The notes beneath the pieces are model-generated. The model had not been told where the DNA came from and searched no databases. It saw only the letters and a program-made list of their open reading frames with translations. The position numbers were made by a program, and so were the translations under genes. From Actinomycetota bacterium (lineage in GTDB: Bacteria; Actinomycetota; Actinomycetes; Actinomycetales; Microbacteriaceae), in contig RFTL01000001.1 of the NCBI GenBank assembly GCA_009923455.1, positions 1,559 to 65,558 of the forward strand: 64,000 nucleotides of DNA, written 5' to 3'. Positions 57,055 through 64,000 of this stretch are shown piece after piece (position 1 is the first letter of the stretch; each line of letters opens with the position of its first letter).

Positions 57055-57613
57055 GTGGTTTTAGCTGCTGTTTCGTGGCGAGAAGAAGTTCTTCAACCGT
57101 TTCACTCTCGTGGCGATTTGCCGCGTGCAGCACGATTCTAGCGCAAGCGTCTGAGTCGGCAAGCGCATCGTGATGTTTGAACTCCTCATGGCCGATTGCA
57201 TAGGCAACTGCATTGAGGCGATAGCTCTCCAGTGAGTATGTGCGGCGGGCGATACTGAGGCTGCAGAAGTAGTTCAGGTTAGGAAGATCAAAGTTCACGG
57301 CCTGAGCACTTGCCCGCAATACCCCCATGTCAAAACTTGCGTTGTGCGCAACCAGTGGGAGCCCCTCGGTAAAGAGCAAGAGCTCTGGAAGCACCTCTTC
57401 CCAATCTGGGGAATCCACAATGTCCTCGGGTCTTATGCCGTGGACCGCGATGTTGCCCTCGTGAAACCAGTTGTTTGGGTATGGCGGGCGAAACAGCATT
57501 GAGAGTGACTCTTGAATTTCGCCGTCTCGGACTCGAACTAGCCCAACCGCGCAGGGTGAAGCTGCCTCGCTGTTGGCAGTTTCGAAGTCAATTGCAACGA
57601 ACTCCAAACCCAT
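57044..57613 (-). CDS. DEDDh 3'-5' exonuclease (DnaQ/epsilon-like)
   Basis: Has the three exonuclease motifs: FVAIDFETAN, HNASFDMGVL and HHDALADSDA. The start is moved to ATG 57613 (MGLEF..), because the longer ORF overlaps ychF. Confidence 0.85.
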   Translation of the reverse strand: MGLEFVAIDFETANSEAASPCAVGLVRVRDGEIQESLSMLFRPPYPNNWFHEGNIAVHGIRPEDIVDSPDWEEVLPELLLFTEGLPLVAHNASFDMGVLRASAQAVNFDLPNLNYFCSLSIARRTYSLESYRLNAVAYAIGHEEFKHHDALADSDACARIVLHAANRHESETVEELLLATKQQLKPLVV

Positions 57614-57644
57614 GAGCCAATTATGAACCAATAAACTTTCCCGA

Positions 57645-58718
57645 ATGGCCCTAACAATCGGAATCGTCGGCTTACCAAACGTCGGCAAGTCAACCCTGTT
57701 CAATGCACTAACCAAAAACAATGTGCTGGCGGCAAACTACCCATTCGCCACCATCGAGCCAAACGTTGGAGTGGTGAACCTGCCAGATGCCAGGTTGAAC
57801 AGATTGGCAGAGATCTTTGGTTCCGAAAAGATCCTCCCCGCTCCGGTTTCTTTTGTTGACATCGCCGGGATTGTTCGCGGAGCGTCGGTTGGTGAGGGGC
57901 TTGGAAACCAATTCCTAGCAAATATCCGCGAGGCTGATGCGATTGCCCAGGTGGTTAGAGGCTTCTCCGACTCCGATGTTGTTCACGTCGATGGCAAGGT
58001 CGATGCCAAAAGCGACATCGAGACCATCAATACCGAGCTGATTCTGGCCGATCTTCAGACCCTGGAGAAGTCCAGAGCGAGAATTGAAAAAGAGGTCAAG
58101 GGGAAGAAGGTCGACCCTTCAGTCCTGGAAACTGTTGATCAAGCCATTGAGGTTCTGAACAATGGCACACCGCTGTCGCTATCAAAGGTTGACCTGGCAC
58201 CAATCAAAGAGCTTGGACTACTTACCTCCAAGCCAATCCTGTTTGTCTTCAACGTGGATGAGGGTATTCTCACTAACCCTGCAAAAAAGAAGGAGCTTGC
58301 TGACCTGGTTGCTCCTGCCGAGGCTGTTTTCCTAGACGCCAAGGTTGAGAGCGAACTAATTGACCTAGATCCAGAAGAGGCGAACGAGCTTTTGCAGTCA
58401 CTCGGTCAAGAAGAGTCGGGTCTCGACCAGTTGGCAAGAATTGGTTTCCAAACCCTTGGTCTTCAAACGTATTTGACTGCGGGTCCTAAAGAGTCCAGAG
58501 CCTGGACCATCCGCAAGGGCTGGAAGGCCCCTCAAGCTGCTGGCGTTATCCACACCGATTTCGAAAAGGGCTTCATCAAAGCCGAGATCGTCTCATTCCA
58601 GGACCTAGATTCAGCCGGCTCCATGAATGAGGCAAAAGCCCAAGGTAAGGTCCGCATGGAGGGCAAGGACTACATCATGCAAGACGGTGATGTGGTCGAA
58701 TTCCGCTTCAACGTGTAG
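57645..58718 (+). CDS. ychF: redox-regulated ATPase YchF
   Basis: 357 aa. Contains GIVGLPNVGKSTLFNALT with a C-terminal TGS domain. Confidence 0.95.
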   Translation: MALTIGIVGLPNVGKSTLFNALTKNNVLAANYPFATIEPNVGVVNLPDARLNRLAEIFGSEKILPAPVSFVDIAGIVRGASVGEGLGNQFLANIREADAIAQVVRGFSDSDVVHVDGKVDAKSDIETINTELILADLQTLEKSRARIEKEVKGKKVDPSVLETVDQAIEVLNNGTPLSLSKVDLAPIKELGLLTSKPILFVFNVDEGILTNPAKKKELADLVAPAEAVFLDAKVESELIDLDPEEANELLQSLGQEESGLDQLARIGFQTLGLQTYLTAGPKESRAWTIRKGWKAPQAAGVIHTDFEKGFIKAEIVSFQDLDSAGSMNEAKAQGKVRMEGKDYIMQDGDVVEFRFNV

Positions 58719-58791
58719 TCGTGTCGGAGCTGGTGTTCGGGTAACCGAATTTTTGTACCTCGAGGCATTTCGAACGCTCTAACCTGACGTC

Positions 58792-59853
58792 ATGACAAAA
58801 AGAAGTTTCATTCGTCCTGCCCTTGCTACCGCGTCGGTCGCCCTAATCAGCCTTGCGGCGTTGCCAGCATTGGCCACAACTAACTACACCTTTCCGGGAT
58901 CAGGCGGCGCATTTGACGCTGTGGTATCTACTACCAAAACTTGGTCTGTTGGAATTGGTGGCAGTCTTGGTGGCCAAAGAATGCTCATTGACATGGCAGG
59001 TACAAACACAGTAACCATTACGATTCAGGGAACCCAGGGTGGCACCTCTGTAAACATGAGCAATGCAGAGTGCTCGTGGGACGCTAACTCGACGGTTACT
59101 ACTCTGACGCTTGGTGGTCAAACGAGCGCAACTTTGACATCAACGCCCAGTGCTGGATCAGTCGACTGTACGCTTACGAGACAGACCATCATTGGCTCTG
59201 AATTCTATGTTCGTGTGCCAGGTTCCCCAACACGAATCTCTGGAAGAATCCCCTTCTATCTCAATAACTACGGTTCAAGCGGATCCTCTTCTGCCCCAAG
59301 AAGCGCAGCTCCTGCACCTAAATACTCTGGTCCTGAGTTTGAGTCATTTGGCGCCGCGGTGGTTGTCGGTGACAAGGTTGTCTCGAAGGGTAAGCGTCTG
59401 GATGGCATCACCTCTCTTACTGTGAATGGTTCAACAGTTAGCTACAAGATCAACTCGGCATCCGAGCTTGAGATCACCCTGCCAAAGACCTTGGCACCGG
59501 GTAAGTATGACGTCGAGATCACCTCGGCTCACGGAGGAAAGCTAACTCACCTTCAGGCAATCACCGTAAAGGCTCCAGTGCTACCAAAGACCTTCGAATT
59601 CAAGGGTGATGGTCGCTCATTGGGCTATGACGAGTTGCTCGAGCTAACCAAGATTGCCAAGCAGATCGGCTCTGAATACACCTCAGTGCAGTGCATCGTG
59701 AACGCGAGCGATGCTTCGGTTGCTCAGCGCTTGGTCGACCGTGGCTGTGACTACGTTGGAGCAATCCGACTTCGTGGCAAGGAGATCACAACTGAGGCCA
59801 AGTCCACCTACAAGGGAGATGGCTTCTGGTTCAAGATCGTTGCCAACGGCTAG
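58792..59853 (+). CDS. secreted hypothetical protein
   Basis: 353 aa with the signal peptide MTKRSFIRPALATASVALISLAALPALA. The Ser/Thr/Gly-rich beta-type sequence includes a possible IPT/TIG-like segment (LTVNGSTVSYK..YDVEITSAHGG). Confidence 0.65.
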   Translation: MTKRSFIRPALATASVALISLAALPALATTNYTFPGSGGAFDAVVSTTKTWSVGIGGSLGGQRMLIDMAGTNTVTITIQGTQGGTSVNMSNAECSWDANSTVTTLTLGGQTSATLTSTPSAGSVDCTLTRQTIIGSEFYVRVPGSPTRISGRIPFYLNNYGSSGSSSAPRSAAPAPKYSGPEFESFGAAVVVGDKVVSKGKRLDGITSLTVNGSTVSYKINSASELEITLPKTLAPGKYDVEITSAHGGKLTHLQAITVKAPVLPKTFEFKGDGRSLGYDELLELTKIAKQIGSEYTSVQCIVNASDASVAQRLVDRGCDYVGAIRLRGKEITTEAKSTYKGDGFWFKIVANG

Positions 59854-59865
59854 TTCCTCTATCAA

Positions 59866-59900
59866 CAAAGCCCCCGATTTTCGGGGGCTTTGTTGTTTTT
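59866..59900 (+). terminator. rho-independent terminator
   Basis: 11-bp stem CAAAGCCCCCG / CGGGGGCTTTG with an ATTTT loop, followed by TTGTTTTT. Confidence 0.8.
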
Positions 59901-59937
59901 GGGGAATCAAGAAAAATGCGGATTGGTTTTCAAAGTC

Positions 59938-60468
59938 ATGAGAATCCTCGCTCTTTCCCTTTTGCTAGTGCTGAGCGGTTGCGCTGCCGCCCCCCAGGAG
60001 ACTCCACAGACCCAGATTGAGACCGAGGTGACATCTGCTCCTGAGGAAACTGCAAGCGAGGCAGAGACTGAGGTTGCCAGCCCCGAGCCAACTGAAACGG
60101 AATCCCAGCAACCTTCGAAGGAGCCGACCGAGACTCCCAAGGAGTCTGCTCAACCAGCTCCGAGCCCCACCAAGACCGCCAAGCCAAGCCCTTCTCCAAC
60201 TCAGAGCGCACCCAAAGAGACTGCAAAGCCAGCCGGTTACACCGCTGCAGATGTCGCGGCTAAGAATTCTCGAAGCGCTTGCTGGGTAATCATCTCTGGA
60301 AGCGTCTATAACCTGACCGAATGGATCAATAAGCACCCAGGTGGTTCTGGTGCGATTTCATCACTTTGTGGATCAGATGGCACTGACGCTTTTGAGGGTA
60401 AGCACGGGGGAGAGGCGAGAGCGTCCTCCACGCTCGATGGCTATTACCTCGGGCCGCTGATTCCTTAG
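59938..60468 (+). CDS. lipoprotein with cytochrome b5-like heme-binding domain
   Basis: ATG 59938 gives MRILALSLLLVLSGC (lipobox LSGC). A Pro/Thr/Glu-rich linker follows, then VYNLTEWINKHPGG...G.DGTDAFE (b5 fold motif). Confidence 0.8.
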   Translation: MRILALSLLLVLSGCAAAPQETPQTQIETEVTSAPEETASEAETEVASPEPTETESQQPSKEPTETPKESAQPAPSPTKTAKPSPSPTQSAPKETAKPAGYTAADVAAKNSRSACWVIISGSVYNLTEWINKHPGGSGAISSLCGSDGTDAFEGKHGGEARASSTLDGYYLGPLIP

Positions 60469-60475
60469 GTTCGAA

Positions 60476-61669
60476 TTGAAAACTCTTGACCTGAGCCTCG
60501 AGAGCGAGGAGATTCTTCAGCATCAGCTGCAGGGGCTATTCGCCCCCAGTGGAAAAAGCTCGATTCGAGGCGGTCAAACTGCAGCCGATGAGGCGCTTGC
60601 AGAACTAGATATTCGAGGTTACGCAAACAATCGCTCCGAAGTGCTGCCGGTTTCATCGCGTGGGGCTAGCGTGCTCTCTCCATACATCCGACACAACCTG
60701 CTTACCCTCAAAGAGGTGTGGGATCGGGTTGCGGATGCGCCAGCAAAAGATCGGGAAAAGTTTCGGGACGAGCTTTTGTGGCAGGAGTATGCCAGACATC
60801 TCTATGCACGGCTTGGCAGGCGAATGTTTCGGGCGCTGCGCTTTCAGCCACCAGGAGAAAGCCCAGCTGATGGCTGGAACCGAGATCTCGCCTGCATCGA
60901 TTTGGTTCTGGAAGAGCTTGAGCAAGATGGTTGGTTAGTGAACCAAACCAGGATGTGGTTGGCATCTCACTGGAGCGTCAGAAACGGTTCAGACTGGCTA
61001 CAGGGCCAAGAGCGAATGTATCGAGAGCTAATAGACGGCTCGCGGGCTGCGAATCTGCTTGGCTGGCAATGGACGGTCGGGGCTGGAACGGGCAAACCCT
61101 ATGGCTTTGCGCGCTGGCAGGTGGAGAAACGTGCTCCCGGGACGTGCCTGAGTTGCAAGCTAAACAAGGCCTGCCCAATTCAAGATTTTCCCGAAGAACA
61201 ACAGCTTGAGCGGGTCACCAGAGATGAACTTGTTGAGAGTGACCCACATCCAAATCGAACCTCCGGACCGAAGATCCCAATGAGTTTTTCAAAGCCGGAA
61301 AAGGTGCTGCTGACCATTGATTCACTGGGGGATAACGACCCTGCTCTAGCCGCAAATCCAGAGCTACCGGCAGTGTTTGTATTCAATGAGAGAGCGTTGC
61401 AGAATCTGCAGCTCAGTGCAAAGCGGGCTCACTTTTATCTCGAAACCCTAAAAGATCTTGCAACCCGCAGGACTTTGGAGGTTTATCTCGGTGACCCATA
61501 TGTGTATGCGACCGAGGTGCCCGTTGCGGTGACATTTGCCCCGGTTCCATCGTTTTCTAAGTTCAAATCCTTAGCTGAGCTTCACCCGTTCCCTTGGCTC
61601 ACACCGCCGCATGCCGGCAGTGTTCGATCCTTCAGCGCGTGGCGCGAGAAACTACCGAAGATTCGCTAA
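60476..61669 (+). CDS. photolyase/cryptochrome-related protein, FAD-binding domain first and alpha/beta-like domain last
   Basis: 397 aa. Residues 30-235 match the photolyase FAD-binding domain (SVLSPYIRHN, ELLWQEYARHLY, GWLVNQTRMWLASHW, LIDGSRAANLLGWQWTVGAGTG). Residues about 285-350 (VLLTIDSLGDNDPALAA..VFVFN..R.HFYLETLKDL....LEVYLGDP) resemble the photolyase N-terminal domain. Confidence 0.7.
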   Translation: MKTLDLSLESEEILQHQLQGLFAPSGKSSIRGGQTAADEALAELDIRGYANNRSEVLPVSSRGASVLSPYIRHNLLTLKEVWDRVADAPAKDREKFRDELLWQEYARHLYARLGRRMFRALRFQPPGESPADGWNRDLACIDLVLEELEQDGWLVNQTRMWLASHWSVRNGSDWLQGQERMYRELIDGSRAANLLGWQWTVGAGTGKPYGFARWQVEKRAPGTCLSCKLNKACPIQDFPEEQQLERVTRDELVESDPHPNRTSGPKIPMSFSKPEKVLLTIDSLGDNDPALAANPELPAVFVFNERALQNLQLSAKRAHFYLETLKDLATRRTLEVYLGDPYVYATEVPVAVTFAPVPSFSKFKSLAELHPFPWLTPPHAGSVRSFSAWREKLPKIR

Positions 61670-61694
61670 CCTAGCCGCAATCAAAGGAGCGGTT

Positions 61695-62081
61695 ATGGCA
61701 GCGGACAAGCTAATTTCCTCGGGTGGGCCCTGGGAATCGGTGATTGGTTACTCACGCGCGGTGAAAGCTGGTCCGTATGTGCATGTGTCTGGAACCACCG
61801 CCACATTAAATGGCGAGTTGCAGCACCCAGGCGACGCTTACTCGCAAGCTAAGGTTGCTTACTCGATCATCGAAAAGGCATTGGCTGAGGTTGGTTATGG
61901 CCTCGAAGACGTGGTCCGAGTGAGGATCTACCTCACAGATGAGGCCGACATGGATTCGGTGGGCAAAGCAAATGGCGAGCTTTTTTCCGCGATAAAGCCA
62001 GCCCTAACGATTCTTGCTGGATTGAAGTTCATCAACCCGCAAATGTTGGTTGAGATTGAGGCCGACGCCTACAAGGCCTAG
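61695..62081 (+). CDS. RidA/YjgF-family protein
   Basis: ATG 61695 lies after AAGGAG. 128 aa. Contains YSRAVKAGPYVHVSGT and a C-terminal LVEIEADA. Confidence 0.8.
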   Translation: MAADKLISSGGPWESVIGYSRAVKAGPYVHVSGTTATLNGELQHPGDAYSQAKVAYSIIEKALAEVGYGLEDVVRVRIYLTDEADMDSVGKANGELFSAIKPALTILAGLKFINPQMLVEIEADAYKA

Positions 62082-62085
62082 CAGC

Positions 62086-62910
62086 ATGGCGCGATGGTTT
62101 AAATGGGCAATGGGGCTCACTCTGGCACTAAGTCTTTTGACCGCGCCATTTTCGAATTCACTGCCAACCAATGCCCAAACCAAATCAATCGATCCAATCT
62201 TCGAGATCTCTATCGCCCAGCTCCATCTGCGGTTGATGCCTCAGGAAGAACCAGAGGTTGAAACCGAAGATTTGCCTCCGCAGCAGAGAGTTGAACAGGT
62301 GAATTGCAAGGTTGAAAAATGCATCGCTTTGACATTTGATGATGGCCCCTCAGAGCACACCCTGGGAATTCTAAAATCACTTCACAAACAAGGTGCTAAG
62401 GCCACCTTCTTCGCAATAGGTTTGCAACTTAGGCTGCACCCAGAGATTGCTCGTGAGGTGGTGCTTCAGGGGCATGAGTTAGGAGGGCACTCCTATTCGC
62501 ATCGCAAGCTGCAGTTTCTCTCGAAAGAAGAGCTGGTGAATGACTTCAATTACGTTGCCAAATTGTTGGAGTTGGCCACCGACACCAGACCAAGTATTTT
62601 CAGGCCGCCCTATGGCGAATATGACGATGATGTTCTTGAGGTTGCCAAACTTCCCATGGTGCTGTGGAGCGTAGATCCAAAGGACTGGCTCACAAAAGAT
62701 CCCGATGAGACTTATCAGCGAGTGATTGCAGCTGCCCATCCGGGAGCGATTGTTGTGATGCACGATAACCTCGGTTCCACGCGGCACGCGCTCCCCAGAA
62801 TTCTGAAAACACTCAAGAAACAGGGCTACAAGTTTGTTACGGTCAGTGAACTGCTCGGACCCCTTGCAAGCGGAAAGATCTACAAGGCAGGTCCTGATGG
62901 CAAGCAGTGA
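62086..62910 (+). CDS. polysaccharide deacetylase (NodB homology domain), secreted
   Basis: Has a signal peptide from ATG 62086, then the motifs ALTFDDGP, HELGGHSYSH and RPPYG. Confidence 0.85.
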   Translation: MARWFKWAMGLTLALSLLTAPFSNSLPTNAQTKSIDPIFEISIAQLHLRLMPQEEPEVETEDLPPQQRVEQVNCKVEKCIALTFDDGPSEHTLGILKSLHKQGAKATFFAIGLQLRLHPEIAREVVLQGHELGGHSYSHRKLQFLSKEELVNDFNYVAKLLELATDTRPSIFRPPYGEYDDDVLEVAKLPMVLWSVDPKDWLTKDPDETYQRVIAAAHPGAIVVMHDNLGSTRHALPRILKTLKKQGYKFVTVSELLGPLASGKIYKAGPDGKQ

Positions 62911-63253
62911 GGTTGATCACTACCTAAGTCAGTTTGCTGGCGAGGGTCTTGAGTGCGCAAAAACTCTACGAGCGAGACTCTTGAAGCTAATCCCAAGAGG
63001 TGAAGAGGGAATCTCTTACGGCATGCCGGTTATCAAGTTAGAAGGCAAGGCAATTGCGGGTTGGGCCATAAACAAGGCTCACATCGGCTACTACCCACAC
63101 AGCTCGATGGTCATAGACAAGGTTTCGGGGCTGGAGGATTACAAAACTTCTAAGGGTGCACTCCAGATTCCGTTCAATAAGCCACTGAGTGACCAAGTAC
63201 TAGCCGATCTGGTTCGAATCAGATTAGAGATGCTCGGGAATTTAGAAGGTTAA
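62897..63253 (+). CDS. DUF1801 (YdhG-like) domain protein
   Basis: ATG 62897, 118 aa. GMPVIKLEGKAIAGWA..K.HIGYYPHS and GALQIPFNKPL fit the YdhG pattern. Confidence 0.7.
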   Translation: MASSEVDHYLSQFAGEGLECAKTLRARLLKLIPRGEEGISYGMPVIKLEGKAIAGWAINKAHIGYYPHSSMVIDKVSGLEDYKTSKGALQIPFNKPLSDQVLADLVRIRLEMLGNLEG

Positions 63254-63296
63254 ATTTCTGACCAAACACTTATCTGACTCCTAGGGCTTCACTAAT

Positions 63297-63719
63297 GTGG
63301 TGCGGGTGAGTTTGGCGAAGAAGATGTTCATTCCGCAGGATGTGATGGTTCCCTGCGTGAAGCTGGCGGTAGATGTTGAGTTGGATGATATTCATCCCTG
63401 GGCAGTCGACTTCGATAAGGCTGCGGAGACTGTTAGGGCAGGAAAAAGCCCTGCAATGTTTGTATTCGTTGAGAACTCAGGAGAGCTAGAGGCGCTGGCA
63501 CCAAAGCTTTCAGGTGCATGGGAGCAAAAGCTAACACTGTGGGTTTTCTATCCCAAGAAACCGCACCTGGGAACTGACCTAGGCCGCGATGTGGTTTGGA
63601 AGCTTATGAAGCGCAGTGGCCTGCAGGGTACGAGGCAGGTTGCCGTCGGGGAGAAGTGGAGCTGCATGTATTTCAAAAACAGCGGCAAGTCAGATTACGT
63701 AGAGATCGTCCCCGGTTAG
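63297..63719 (+). CDS. hypothetical protein (tentatively DUF3052-like)
   Basis: 140 aa. [16 protein letters not shown]......GL.GTRQVAV...WS loosely resembles DUF3052. This is a weak by-eye call. Confidence 0.5.
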   Translation: MVRVSLAKKMFIPQDVMVPCVKLAVDVELDDIHPWAVDFDKAAETVRAGKSPAMFVFVENSGELEALAPKLSGAWEQKLTLWVFYPKKPHLGTDLGRDVVWKLMKRSGLQGTRQVAVGEKWSCMYFKNSGKSDYVEIVPG

Positions 63720-64000
63720 GTTCAGCAGCCTCGCATTCACACCAACTGCAACAGTTCCGCCGGGCATGTTCTTGGTGACCACCGCATTTGCACCGATAGC
63801 GCAGTCATCACCGATGGTGATGTTGCCAATCAACTTGGCTCCAGCTCCGATGGTGACGCGATTACCAACGGTTGGGTGACGCTTCACCGGGTTCAAGGTC
63901 TTACCACCCAAAGTCACGCCGTGATAGATCAAGCAGTCATCACCGATGATTGCAGTTTCGCCGATTACAACGCCAACGCCATGATCAATAACCAGGCGCC
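63690..64000 (-). CDS. cysE: serine O-acetyltransferase (N-terminus beyond window edge)
   Basis: Reverse-strand translation reads ..[31 protein letters not shown]....[36 protein letters not shown]. These are the hexapeptide repeats typical of CysE. Confidence 0.85.
   Translation of the reverse strand, partial: RLVIDHGVGVVIGETAIIGDDCLIYHGVTLGGKTLNPVKRHPTVGNRVTIGAGAKLIGNITIGDDCAIGANAVVTKNMPGGTVAVGVNARLLNLTGDDLYVI

Overview
This 64-kb window is a compact, moderately GC-rich actinobacterial chromosome segment, and almost all of it is housekeeping. Gene order follows neighbourhoods I know from M. tuberculosis:
- XPB helicase, csp, serC and ideR.
- pmt, rsmI, metG, tatD, rsmA and ispE.
- tRNA-Gln, glmU, prs, rplY, pth, mfd and mazG.
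- eno, ftsB and DUF501.
- greA, a uppS-like gene, phoH2, fumC, xseAB, ispH, fba, rmuC and ychF.

I call about 75 CDS, 3 tRNAs, a few intrinsic terminators and one coding tandem repeat. I see no rRNA, CRISPR array, transposase, integrase, prophage or recognisable defence island, and I cannot point to a clear multi-gene novel system.

The observations most worth a second look:
1. A well-formed 73-nt tRNA has a UAA (Leu) anticodon but only a 5-nt variable loop.
2. The only large non-coding gap (269 nt, upstream of a small HNH endonuclease gene) holds a nested long-range helix followed by a strong intrinsic terminator. It is a candidate sRNA or leader.
3. A photolyase/cryptochrome-like protein appears to have its FAD-binding and alpha/beta domains in swapped order, plus a Cys cluster.
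4. A Lys/Ala-rich histone-H1-like repeat gene reaches its sensible frame only through a 1-nt frame change.
5. A 1184-aa SF1-helicase-like protein has degenerate Walker A and B motifs.
6. prs carries a 1-nt frame disruption.
7. A TetR regulator and a eukaryote/archaea-like HisRS gene are inserted between mazG and eno.

All family assignments come from motif recognition by eye. No database search was run.
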